In this document: positions 19,722 to 28,543 of the stretch, one piece after another
Numbering within the stretch: position 1 is the stretch's first letter
Layout of the letters: each line of letters begins with the position of its first letter
Assembly (NCBI GenBank): GCA_045656745.1
Contig: JAZORT010000023.1
Span: 28,901 to 92,900, forward strand
Origin: Eubacteriales bacterium
GTDB lineage: Bacteria > Bacillota > Clostridia > Oscillospirales > CAG-272
Reading direction: 5' to 3'
DNA length: 64,000 nt
Position numbers and translations under genes: made by a program
Notes under the pieces: generated by a model
The model's database searches: none
What the model was told of the DNA's origin: nothing
The model's input: only the letters and a program-made list of their open reading frames with translations

Positions 19722-21068
19722 ATGGTAACGTTTAAGCTGCCCGAGGGCTTTCTTTTTGGCACAGGCTCGTCGGCTCACCAGGTTGAGGGCGCGCCTTATG
19801 CAGACGGCAAGGGCGAGAACATCTGGGACTATGAGCATAGAGTAAATCCCACGTATTTCCACAACTGCTCTTCTACAAAGGAAGGCGCATTCTTCTACGA
19901 AAATTACGAAAAAGACATTCTTGATATGAAGGAGCTTGGGCTAAAGAGCTTTCGTTTCTCCATATCCTGGACTCGTATTCTCCCTAAAGGCTACGGAGAG
20001 ATAAATCAGGCGGGCATCGACCACTACAACAGGGTGATAGACTGCCTTCTCGATGCGGGTATTGAGCCGTTTGTGGATATTTTTCACTGGGATTTGCCCC
20101 AGGCGCTTGCGGAGAGGGGCGGTTGGAAAAACAGAGAAATTATCGACCATTTCGTGAATTTTGCAAGAATATGCTTTGAAAATTTCGGTGACAGAGTGAA
20201 ATATTGGAGCACCATGAACGAGCCTTCGGTGTTTGCTATGGCTCCATATCTTGAGGGCTATATGCGTCCCTTTGAAAAGAGCCTTGAGGGCGGACTTTTG
20301 GCTGCGCATATAACGCTTATCTGCCATTACAGAACGGTAAGGCTTTACCGAGAAATGGGGCTTTCGGGTAAAATCGGCGCGGTTATTGCGGTAGTACCAA
20401 CCTACCCGAAAACACCTAGCGAAAAGGACATTCTTGCGGCAAAAATACAAATGGACAGAGTTTGCGGCTGGTGGCTTGACCCAATCCTTACGGGCAAATA
20501 TCCCGAAACCATACTTAAAGAATGTCCCGACTACCTTAACGCAATGCCAAAGGGCTATTCCGAGGAGCTTTCACGCGAGTATTCTCCGGTGGATATGATA
20601 GGTCTTAACTATTATTATCCCGCCTTTGTAGAATACCGCGAGGATCTTCCCGAAAAATCCACGCACATGGAAAATTATTACGTTCAAGAGGGGCAGCTTT
20701 TCCAGCTTTATCCGGCAGGACTTTTTGACGCCATGATGTATATGACCGAAAAATACAATCGCCCCGAAATTTATATTGCAGAAAACGGACTCGGCGTGCT
20801 TTACGACGGTAATAAGGAAAAGGAAATAAATGACGAAAACCGCATCTCCTATCTCAGAGAGCATCTTCGTATGGTGGTGCGCTCTATCGAAGCGGGCGCG
20901 GATATTCGCGGATATTACTATTGGTCAAACTTTGATATGTTCGAGGGCGCGGCAGGCTACAGCTACCGCTTCGGACTCAATTTCACCGATTACGAAACCG
21001 GCGAAAGAACACGAAAAAAGAGCTGGTACTATTACCAAAAGCTCATAAAAACCGGAAGCGTAGATTAA
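19722..21068 (+). CDS. Glycoside hydrolase family 1 (copy B, tandem paralogue)
   Basis: Same motifs (TMNEP, YIAENG); ends nearly identical to copy A. Confidence 0.95.
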   Translation: MVTFKLPEGFLFGTGSSAHQVEGAPYADGKGENIWDYEHRVNPTYFHNCSSTKEGAFFYENYEKDILDMKELGLKSFRFSISWTRILPKGYGEINQAGIDHYNRVIDCLLDAGIEPFVDIFHWDLPQALAERGGWKNREIIDHFVNFARICFENFGDRVKYWSTMNEPSVFAMAPYLEGYMRPFEKSLEGGLLAAHITLICHYRTVRLYREMGLSGKIGAVIAVVPTYPKTPSEKDILAAKIQMDRVCGWWLDPILTGKYPETILKECPDYLNAMPKGYSEELSREYSPVDMIGLNYYYPAFVEYREDLPEKSTHMENYYVQEGQLFQLYPAGLFDAMMYMTEKYNRPEIYIAENGLGVLYDGNKEKEINDENRISYLREHLRMVVRSIEAGADIRGYYYWSNFDMFEGAAGYSYRFGLNFTDYETGERTRKKSWYYYQKLIKTGSVD

Positions 21069-21089
21069 TAAATGTAAAGTATTGTTATA

Positions 21090-21125
21090 AAAAACGGCGG
21101 TTTGAAGCTCAAACTGCCGTTTTTA
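21090..21125. terminator. Bidirectional terminator
   Basis: AAAAACGGCGGTTTGA-AGC-TCAAACTGCCGTTTTT. Confidence 0.7.
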
Positions 21126-21130
21126 TTTGG

Positions 21131-22630
21131 TTATATACGATTGCTTTGTTTTACTGCCGTTTTTATTTTTTGCTTCAGGGCGGGGGTCTTGTATCTTGCG
21201 CCGAGCCTAAATGTCCAGTTGCCCTCGGCGGTGGAGGGTGTGTTCATTCTGCCCTCCTCGCTCTTTAACTCGAGGTAGTCCTGGATAGGAATTACGGCAA
21301 TAGCCGCCTTCGAGGAAAGGGTAAGGCCGATAAGGTCAAGGGTGAGGCTTTGCCCTTTTTTGTGTGGGCACTCGTGCTTAAATCTTGCAAGGGTCTCCCC
21401 CTCAAGAGAAAGGCAAAAGCTCCTTGTACATTCCGAGTCGTGGGAGCCGGTGTAGGCAATGCAGTTTTCGTCCTTGTAGCAACGGGGAAGATACTCACTG
21501 TCCTCATCGTAAAAGGCAAATTGCAAAATCTTCATTCCGGGGAAGCCTGTGTCCGAAAGAAGCTCTCTTACATCGTCGGTAATAAAGCCAAGATCCTCGG
21601 CAATTATCTTCGCCTCGGGAAAAGCTCGCTTTATCTCGCGGAAAAGCTCCTTTCCCGGAGCCTCGCGCCATTCACCCTCTCTTGCCGTATCGTGACCGTA
21701 GGGTATGGAATAATAGCCCGCAAAACCGCGGAAATGGTCTATTCGAAGCAGGTCGTAAAGGCGAAATCCCTCGCCTATTCTCTCTTTCCACCAGCCAAAG
21801 CCGTCGTTTTTCATCCTATTCCAATTATATATAGGATTTCCCCAAAGCTGACCGTCGGGCGAAAAGCCGTCGGGAGGACAGCCCGCAACACGCCTCGGCG
21901 CATAATTATCGTCAAGGAGAAATTCATTGGGCGCGCGCCAAACGTCCATACTGTCGTGGGCTACATAAATAGGCATATCTCCTATGATAGAAACGCCCCT
22001 TTTCCTTGCATAAGAGCGAAGGGCGCGCCATTGGGCGTCAAACTCGTACTGTACCCAGCACCAAAATCCCATTTCCGAGGAAAATTCCGCGGTCCTCTCT
22101 CTTGCGGAGTTAATATCGCGGTATTCGGCAGGCCACATTGTCCAAGCAGAGTGGTTAAAACGGCATTTCAGCGCCATAAAGAGGGCGTAATCCGAAAGCC
22201 AAGCCGTATTTTTAAGGAATTTTTCATATTCCTTTTGTTCTTTTTCGGTATTCAAAAATCTCGAGTATGCAAGTCTTAAAAGCGGGTATCTTGTCTCAAA
22301 AAGTCTGCCGTAATCCACCCTCTTTGCACCGGATTTGTGCGCTGAGGACTCGTTTTTTGTGAGAAGGCCCTTTTTTTGCAAAATCTCAAGGTCTATAAAG
22401 TAGGGGTTTCCCGCCATAGAAGCAGGCGATTGATAGGGACTGTCACCGTAAGAGGTGGGATTTAAGGGCAAAACCTGCCAATATTTATTTTTCGTTTCGG
22501 CAAGAAAGTCGGCAAACTCAAAAGCACTTTTGCCAAATCCGCCAATGCCGTAAGGCGAGGGCAGTGCGCTTATGGGCATAAGAATTCCCGCCCCGCGGGG
22601 AAAACTAACGGTTTTTTCTTTTTCGTTCAT
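21131..22630 (-). CDS. malQ: 4-alpha-glucanotransferase (GH77, amylomaltase)
   Basis: GILMPISALP, WQVLPLNP, GDSPYQS, GCPPDGFSPDGQLWGNP, RIDHFRG and AEDLG motifs. Confidence 0.95.
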   Translation of the reverse strand: MNEKEKTVSFPRGAGILMPISALPSPYGIGGFGKSAFEFADFLAETKNKYWQVLPLNPTSYGDSPYQSPASMAGNPYFIDLEILQKKGLLTKNESSAHKSGAKRVDYGRLFETRYPLLRLAYSRFLNTEKEQKEYEKFLKNTAWLSDYALFMALKCRFNHSAWTMWPAEYRDINSARERTAEFSSEMGFWCWVQYEFDAQWRALRSYARKRGVSIIGDMPIYVAHDSMDVWRAPNEFLLDDNYAPRRVAGCPPDGFSPDGQLWGNPIYNWNRMKNDGFGWWKERIGEGFRLYDLLRIDHFRGFAGYYSIPYGHDTAREGEWREAPGKELFREIKRAFPEAKIIAEDLGFITDDVRELLSDTGFPGMKILQFAFYDEDSEYLPRCYKDENCIAYTGSHDSECTRSFCLSLEGETLARFKHECPHKKGQSLTLDLIGLTLSSKAAIAVIPIQDYLELKSEEGRMNTPSTAEGNWTFRLGARYKTPALKQKIKTAVKQSNRI

Positions 22631-22865
22631 AAAATACTCCAAACAGTGGGCAAAAGCCCTATAAAAATTATATCACCGAGTAAAATAAAAGTCAACAAAT
22701 AAAATATGAAAAAAGCCTCGGAAATGTTCATAATCTGTTGACATTTGTCAATCGGTGTGTTAAAATATAAATCAAGGACCAAAATACTGATGAAAGGATT
22801 AAAATTTTCGTTTTCAATGCTATTTTGGTCTGAATTTTTTATAACACTTTTGGAGGAATAAGCAA

Positions 22866-24215
22866 ATGGCAAAAAATCTTGTTTATGACATTCACGACAA
22901 GCCGAAGTTTGGCAGCATGCTTCTCTTCGCGCTTCAGCAGGTTCTGGCGATACTCGCCGCAACCATCCTGGTTCCCGCTATCGTTGGTTACGGTATGAGC
23001 CAGTCCGCCGCTCTCTTCGGAGCAGGCGTAGGTACTCTCGTTTATCAGCTCTTCACTAAGTTTAAGAGCCCCGTTTTCCTTGGCTCATCCTTCGCCTTCA
23101 TCGGCTCTATGTGCGCAGCCTTCGCAGGAGCAGGCTCTGTTGTAGCTCTCGGCTACCTCGGTCTCGTTATCGGTGCGCTCTTCGCAGGTCTTGTTTACGT
23201 TGTTATCGCTATCGTGGTTAAGTTCGCAGGCGTTAAGTGGATAAACAAGCTTATGCCCGCCGTAGTTATCGGCCCCACAGTTGCTCTTATCGGTCTTTCT
23301 CTTGCGGTTAACGCAGTTAACGACCTCAAGGTAGGTAAGGTTACCGATATAACCGGCGCTTCTCTTTGCAGTCCTTATATCGCTCTTCTTTGCGGTATTA
23401 TAACCCTCTTTGCAATCTTTGCTCTTTCGGTTTACGGCAAGAAGATGATAAAGCTTATTCCCTTCGTTCTCGGTATAGTCGTTGGTTACGCAGTTGCTTC
23501 GGTATTCACCGTTATCGGAATTGCTACCGACAACGTTGCTCTTCAGGTTATCAACTTCGCAGCCTTCAAGGACATGCAGATCTTTGCAGTTCCCGACTTC
23601 GCATTCATCGAAGCATTCAAGGGCTTTGAGGCTTTGAGCCCCACCTTCATCGCAACCGTTGCTGTTGCTTACGTTCCCGTTGCATTCGTAGTATTTGCTG
23701 AGCATATCGCAGACCACAAGAACCTTTCCACCATTATTGAAAGAGACCTTCTCGAGGATCCCGGTCTTCACAGAACTCTTCTCGGTGACGGCGTTGGCTC
23801 TATGGCAGGCGCGTTCTTCGGCGGATGCCCCAACACCACCTACGGCGAGAGCGTTGGTTGCGTAGCTATCACCCGTAACGCATCGGTTATCACCATTACC
23901 ACCACCGCTATCATGTGTATGGTAATCTCCTTCTTCGGCCCCTTCGTTACCTTCCTTTCCTCTATTCCCAACTGCGTAATGGGCGGTGTTTGCGTAGCTC
24001 TTTACGGCTTCATTGCAGTTTCGGGTCTCAAGATGATTCAGAAGGTTGACCTTAACGAAAGCAGAAACCTCTTCGTTGTTTCTTCTATTCTTATCCCCGG
24101 TATCGGCGGTCTTAGCGTTACCTTCGGTAAGATTACCCTTACCACCATTGCTTGTTCTCTCATTCTCGGTATAGTAACCAACATCATCCTTAACCTCGGT
24201 AAGAAAAATTCCTAA
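22866..24215 (+). CDS. uraA: Uracil/xanthine permease (NCS2)
   Basis: 'FLGSSFAFI', 'EHIADH', NAT signature 'PNTTYGESVG'; directly upstream of upp. Confidence 0.88.
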   Translation: MAKNLVYDIHDKPKFGSMLLFALQQVLAILAATILVPAIVGYGMSQSAALFGAGVGTLVYQLFTKFKSPVFLGSSFAFIGSMCAAFAGAGSVVALGYLGLVIGALFAGLVYVVIAIVVKFAGVKWINKLMPAVVIGPTVALIGLSLAVNAVNDLKVGKVTDITGASLCSPYIALLCGIITLFAIFALSVYGKKMIKLIPFVLGIVVGYAVASVFTVIGIATDNVALQVINFAAFKDMQIFAVPDFAFIEAFKGFEALSPTFIATVAVAYVPVAFVVFAEHIADHKNLSTIIERDLLEDPGLHRTLLGDGVGSMAGAFFGGCPNTTYGESVGCVAITRNASVITITTTAIMCMVISFFGPFVTFLSSIPNCVMGGVCVALYGFIAVSGLKMIQKVDLNESRNLFVVSSILIPGIGGLSVTFGKITLTTIACSLILGIVTNIILNLGKKNS

Positions 24216-24239
24216 TCCAAATTCGGAGAAAAAATCAAA

Positions 24240-24881
24240 ATGAAAAACTATTCCAACGTAACGATTTTCGACCATCCCCTTATAAGACACAAGATTGCGA
24301 TTCTTCGTAACGAAAAAACCAGTATGAAGGAATTCCGCGAGCTTGTTGAGGAAATCACCACTCTTATGACCTTTGAGTGCTTAAGAGAAGGCGTTCCCAC
24401 AGTAGAGTGCGAGGTTAAAACTCCTCTTGAAACCTGCACCCAGCAGATGGTTAAGGATAATGCAATTGTTATCGTTCCTATTCTTCGCGCAGGACTCGGT
24501 ATGGTAAACGGAATTCACGTTCTTTTCCCCTCTGCAAGAGTTGGACACATCGGACTTTACAGAGACGAGGAAACCCTTGAGCCTAAGGAGTATTACTGTA
24601 AGCTCCCCGCAGGTATTGAGGAAAAGCTCGTGCTTGTCGTTGACCCTATGCTTGCAACCGGCGGCTCTGCCTGCGATGCAATAGATAAGCTCAAGGCAAG
24701 GGGCTGTAAGAACATTAAGTTTATGGCAATTCTCGGCGCTCCCGAGGGTGTAACCAAGGTTGCAGAGTCTCATCCCGACGTTCATATCTACGTTTCCACC
24801 CTTGACCGTTGCCTTAACGAGCATGGATACATTCTCCCCGGTCTTGGTGATGCGGGAGACCGTCTCTTTGGTACCAAATAG
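24240..24881 (+). CDS. upp: Uracil phosphoribosyltransferase
   Basis: HPLIRHK, VPILRAGLGM, VDPMLATGGSA, YILPGLGDAGDRLFGTK. Confidence 0.97.
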   Translation: MKNYSNVTIFDHPLIRHKIAILRNEKTSMKEFRELVEEITTLMTFECLREGVPTVECEVKTPLETCTQQMVKDNAIVIVPILRAGLGMVNGIHVLFPSARVGHIGLYRDEETLEPKEYYCKLPAGIEEKLVLVVDPMLATGGSACDAIDKLKARGCKNIKFMAILGAPEGVTKVAESHPDVHIYVSTLDRCLNEHGYILPGLGDAGDRLFGTK

Positions 24882-24896
24882 TACACTGAAATATAG

Positions 24897-24930
24897 AAAA
24901 ATCTCCTTTCGGTTGAAAGGAGATTTTTTT
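24897..24930. terminator. Bidirectional terminator
   Basis: AAAAATCTCCTTTC-GGTT-GAAAGGAGATTTTTTT. Confidence 0.75.
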
Positions 24931-24935
24931 GTTGA

Positions 24936-26636
24936 TTATTTATCTTTTCTGCTCCTATAAATGTCTTTTACGGCGAAATAGGAGTTTTTCGGGCATCTGT
25001 ATTCGTTAAGAACACCCTTGTTGTTATAGCCTCTTGCGCGGGTGAGACCTGCGTCGGGAGAGGTGCGCATATCGCACATCTGCCAGATGTAAGTTCCCGC
25101 AATTTTCGGGTCGTCAAGGAAGAGGTTAAGGCAGTGGGAAAGGAGCTTTGCCTGATAATCCTCGCTCCACTTAAAGGTCTCAAAGTTGCGGTGGCCGTAA
25201 ACTGCCGCTCCGCCAAATTCGCTCATAATTATAGGCTTGTCGCCAAAGCCGAGGGAGTCGAGCCTTGCGTGTACCTTTTCAATAAAGCCTGCCCAGGAGT
25301 CAATATCCTCGCCGTACCAGCCGTTGTACTGATTTATTGAAACTGTGTCGCAAAATTCGTAAGAAATATCGGTAAGCGCCTTGTTGGTGGCATAGGTAAC
25401 AATGCGGTTGCCTCCAATCTCCTTTAAGAGATTGTAATAGATGCGCGACATTTCGTAGCCTGCCTTTGTCTCGGTCAAAATCTCGTTATGCATACCCCAA
25501 ATAATTATCGAGGGGTGGTTGTAATAGTGCTTTACCATTTCGCGGTGCATATCCGCGCCGCGGTTAACAACATCAGGGTCTGCAAGGCAGCTTTCCGAAA
25601 ATCCTCCGCCCCAAATTGGAATTTCGCTCCAGAAGAGAATACCCTGCTCGTCAAGCATATCTACGAAGTAGGGATCGTTCGGGTAATGAGAGCCGCGCAG
25701 AGTGTTGCAGCCCAGGTCGAGAGCAATATCAAGGTCTCTTTGCATAAGGCACCTCGGGAATGCAAAGCCGAATCCGGGATAGTCCTCGTGGCGGTTGACG
25801 CCGAGCAGGCGTATCTTTTCGCCGTTAAGGAAAATATCGGTCTTTTTTATCTCAACCTTGCGGAAACCGCACCTGTCAAAAAGGTCGTCGGTCGAGGTAG
25901 AAATTTTGATGTCATAGAGCTTCGGGGATTTTGGTGACCAAAGCTCAAAATTGTCGATTTTAAAGCTTTTTGTAAATACTTCTTTACATTCGTGGGGGTT
26001 AAGCTCGATTTTCTCTTCTGTTTCTACCCCTGCAACAGAAGCGGTGAGCGTGTCGCAAACCGCCTTGTTTTCCGCATTGTAAAGCTCTATCGCAAAGCGG
26101 GCGGTGAGAGTTTTCAAATCCTCAGAGAGGGTGTATTCAAGGCGGTTTGAGATGGGACAAATTCCCGAAAGGCGCTCTACCGTAACCGGACGGGTAATTC
26201 CTCCGCAGTGGTACCAGTCAACCACTCTTTGGGGAATGGATTTTTCGTCAAAGGAGTTGTCAACGCGCAGGGTAAGTCTGTGATAACCCTCGACAACCGA
26301 GTTTTCAATAAGCTCAAAGGCGCAAAAGCCGCCGTAATGGGAGCCGATCTCCTTGCCGTCAAGCCAAACTCTGCAATCGGTCATAACCGCGCCGAAAACA
26401 AATCTTACAGTACCACCCTCGGTGTAAAAGTCCTTTTCGTACCAGCAGGCACCCTCGTATTCAAGAAGTCCGAGCTTCTCTGTCCAAACAGAGGGGACAG
26501 TTACCGTCTCAGCACCCGAAAGTCCCGAAAACCAGCCCTCTTCTACTCCCGCATTACCGCCGTCAACCTTGAATTTCCAGGCTCCGTCGAGAGAGCGCAC
26601 ATTTCTTTTTATATGCTCGTCAAAAATTCTAATCAT
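24936..26636 (-). CDS. GH2 glycoside hydrolase, beta-glucuronidase-like
   Basis: GVNRHED, RGSHYP, acid/base WGMHNE, nucleophile SEFG, C-terminal NNKG (the NxKG motif typical of glucuronidases). Confidence 0.85.
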   Translation of the reverse strand: MIRIFDEHIKRNVRSLDGAWKFKVDGGNAGVEEGWFSGLSGAETVTVPSVWTEKLGLLEYEGACWYEKDFYTEGGTVRFVFGAVMTDCRVWLDGKEIGSHYGGFCAFELIENSVVEGYHRLTLRVDNSFDEKSIPQRVVDWYHCGGITRPVTVERLSGICPISNRLEYTLSEDLKTLTARFAIELYNAENKAVCDTLTASVAGVETEEKIELNPHECKEVFTKSFKIDNFELWSPKSPKLYDIKISTSTDDLFDRCGFRKVEIKKTDIFLNGEKIRLLGVNRHEDYPGFGFAFPRCLMQRDLDIALDLGCNTLRGSHYPNDPYFVDMLDEQGILFWSEIPIWGGGFSESCLADPDVVNRGADMHREMVKHYYNHPSIIIWGMHNEILTETKAGYEMSRIYYNLLKEIGGNRIVTYATNKALTDISYEFCDTVSINQYNGWYGEDIDSWAGFIEKVHARLDSLGFGDKPIIMSEFGGAAVYGHRNFETFKWSEDYQAKLLSHCLNLFLDDPKIAGTYIWQMCDMRTSPDAGLTRARGYNNKGVLNEYRCPKNSYFAVKDIYRSRKDK

Positions 26637-26639
26637 AAC

Positions 26640-28151
26640 TTAACCTTTTCTTTTTTTGATGTATTGCTTTGGCGAAACGCCGTAAAATTGCTTAAAGTTC
26701 TTTGAAAATACCGCAGGGTCAACAATTCCGCACTGCTCGGCTATCCTTGAAATGTTTGCATCCTCGCCGAGAATAAGAAGAAGCTCCTTTGCCTTTTTCA
26801 TTCTTATTGTGGTAAGGTACTTTTTCGGGGTCATTTGCGTAACCTCGAAGAACTTTGTTCTAACATAGTCCTTGGCGTAACCGCTGTCGCGAAGAAGCTT
26901 GATGATGCTAAGCTCGCTGTTGCTGTAATTTTTCTTCATCTCGTCTATCATCTTATAGATTACCGCGTTCGTGTCGCTCTTGGGGAAATCTATATTAAGA
27001 AGAACGAACCTTAAATAGGCGTTGCAGAGCGAGTTAAAATATTCCTCGTTGGTATATCTGTTGTAAAGAGTAAGCTCCGCAAGCTTTCTGCCCTCGCCGT
27101 AAACATTGTCGTGAAGAAGGGTAGGGGAGGTAAACCTTGAAAGCTGGTCGAAATCACCCGTTACAGATATAATGTTGTATTTGCCCTCGGAGGTTATTCG
27201 GTGGTTTACTGCGGGAGGAACAATGATAATCGAGCCTTCGTAAATAGAAAATTCGTCCTGCTCGGTAATGAACACCGCATCTCCCGACTGAACGAGCATA
27301 ATCTCGTAGAGCTTGTGGGTGTGGAAAATCTGTGTGCCGTGAAGCTGCACACCCTTTGAGGCACTCCAAAGAGCAGGGTCCATAGAGAGAAAGTCGTCAA
27401 ACTTTTTAAGCCTCATATCTACAAAGAAGTCTTTTTCCGAGGGAATTCCGCCCTCGAAATCATAAACGCGCATAAGCTCGCTCGGAATATGCAGGGGAGA
27501 GGACGTGTCCTTGTAGCTCTCGCGCAAGAGGGTGAATGAAATATCGTCAAGATACTGAATACCCTTAATTTTCGTTGCGTAATGTATCATAAGCGCTCTT
27601 GTGGGGAGCTCGGTCTTTGCATTTATCTTAACATCGCGGAAGATGCGATCGGATCCACCGTCCTCTAAAACAAAGAGCTTCAGCCTTGAGTCTATGCCGT
27701 CAGAGTCAAGGTAGTATTCCGCGCGCAGGGTGTACCAGCTGTCGGAGCAAAGCCGTATTGCCTCGCTCTCGGGCAGGTCGGAAGGAAATACCGAAATCGA
27801 CCTTGCCGAAAGGTTGTTCTCTCCCTCGCTGATGTTAAAGCGCAGAGAAAAGCAGGATGTTCCCGCATTGTTACAAAACTCAATCTTAAAATACTTCTTC
27901 GAGTAATTCCAAACCGGCTCAAAGCGGTAACGCATTTCAAAAACAAAGGCGGTGGGCGAGGAGGACGCCGCGTTGCCCGCAATATTCGTTGTACTGCTGA
28001 TATTATGGGTGGTATTAGCGGTGAAAATCTTTATAACCTTGTTGTTTTTGTCGGTCGGGTCGGTGTCCTGGTAAAACCTGGCACCGTAAAGTCCATTAAA
28101 ACTAGGTGTGAGATCTTCATCATTAGAGATAACTCTGGCGTTGATTTCCAT
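26640..28151 (-). CDS. Extended AraC regulator (503 aa): lectin-like N-terminal domain, cupin, HTH
   Basis: 'HTHKLYEIMLV' cupin and C-terminal AraC HTH. The N-terminal ~260 aa aligns by eye with a module of lipoprotein 31743..37364. Confidence 0.88.
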   Translation of the reverse strand: MEINARVISNDEDLTPSFNGLYGARFYQDTDPTDKNNKVIKIFTANTTHNISSTTNIAGNAASSSPTAFVFEMRYRFEPVWNYSKKYFKIEFCNNAGTSCFSLRFNISEGENNLSARSISVFPSDLPESEAIRLCSDSWYTLRAEYYLDSDGIDSRLKLFVLEDGGSDRIFRDVKINAKTELPTRALMIHYATKIKGIQYLDDISFTLLRESYKDTSSPLHIPSELMRVYDFEGGIPSEKDFFVDMRLKKFDDFLSMDPALWSASKGVQLHGTQIFHTHKLYEIMLVQSGDAVFITEQDEFSIYEGSIIIVPPAVNHRITSEGKYNIISVTGDFDQLSRFTSPTLLHDNVYGEGRKLAELTLYNRYTNEEYFNSLCNAYLRFVLLNIDFPKSDTNAVIYKMIDEMKKNYSNSELSIIKLLRDSGYAKDYVRTKFFEVTQMTPKKYLTTIRMKKAKELLLILGEDANISRIAEQCGIVDPAVFSKNFKQFYGVSPKQYIKKRKG

Positions 28152-28372
28152 AACTTTGCCTCCTTTTGCCGATTTTTACAGTAATATTAGACCATATTTT
28201 GGTCGATTTGTCAATAATTTTTTCGCCCTATTTAGTTTTTTTGCGAAAAAACCTAGCAAAAAGACAAAAAAATCTCCCGTTCCTTATGTTATAATACAAG
28301 TAGAATGTAGAAGTATCTCTATATTCTTCATTTAGCTTATTAAAATTTCATAATAAAGGGAAAGGAGTTCAA

Positions 28373-28501
28373 ATGAAAAAAATCGAATACGTAAGCACAG
28401 AGTGCGAAGTTGTGCTTATCGAAACAAGTGACATTATCGCAACATCAAACGCACCCGGCTCCAGCGGCGGAAATATGGACGATTCCTGGGATGAAGGCTA
28501 A
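28373..28501 (+). CDS. Cassette 2 small peptide (42 aa) MKKIEYVSTECEVVLIETSDIIATSNAPGSSGGNMDDSWDEG
   Basis: Not in the ORF track. AAAGGAG RBS at 28361-28367; homologous leader; first gene of the operon. Confidence 0.82.
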   Translation: MKKIEYVSTECEVVLIETSDIIATSNAPGSSGGNMDDSWDEG

Positions 28502-28543
28502 AAAACAAAAAACAATACATAATTTTTGAAAGGAAAAGAAAAA

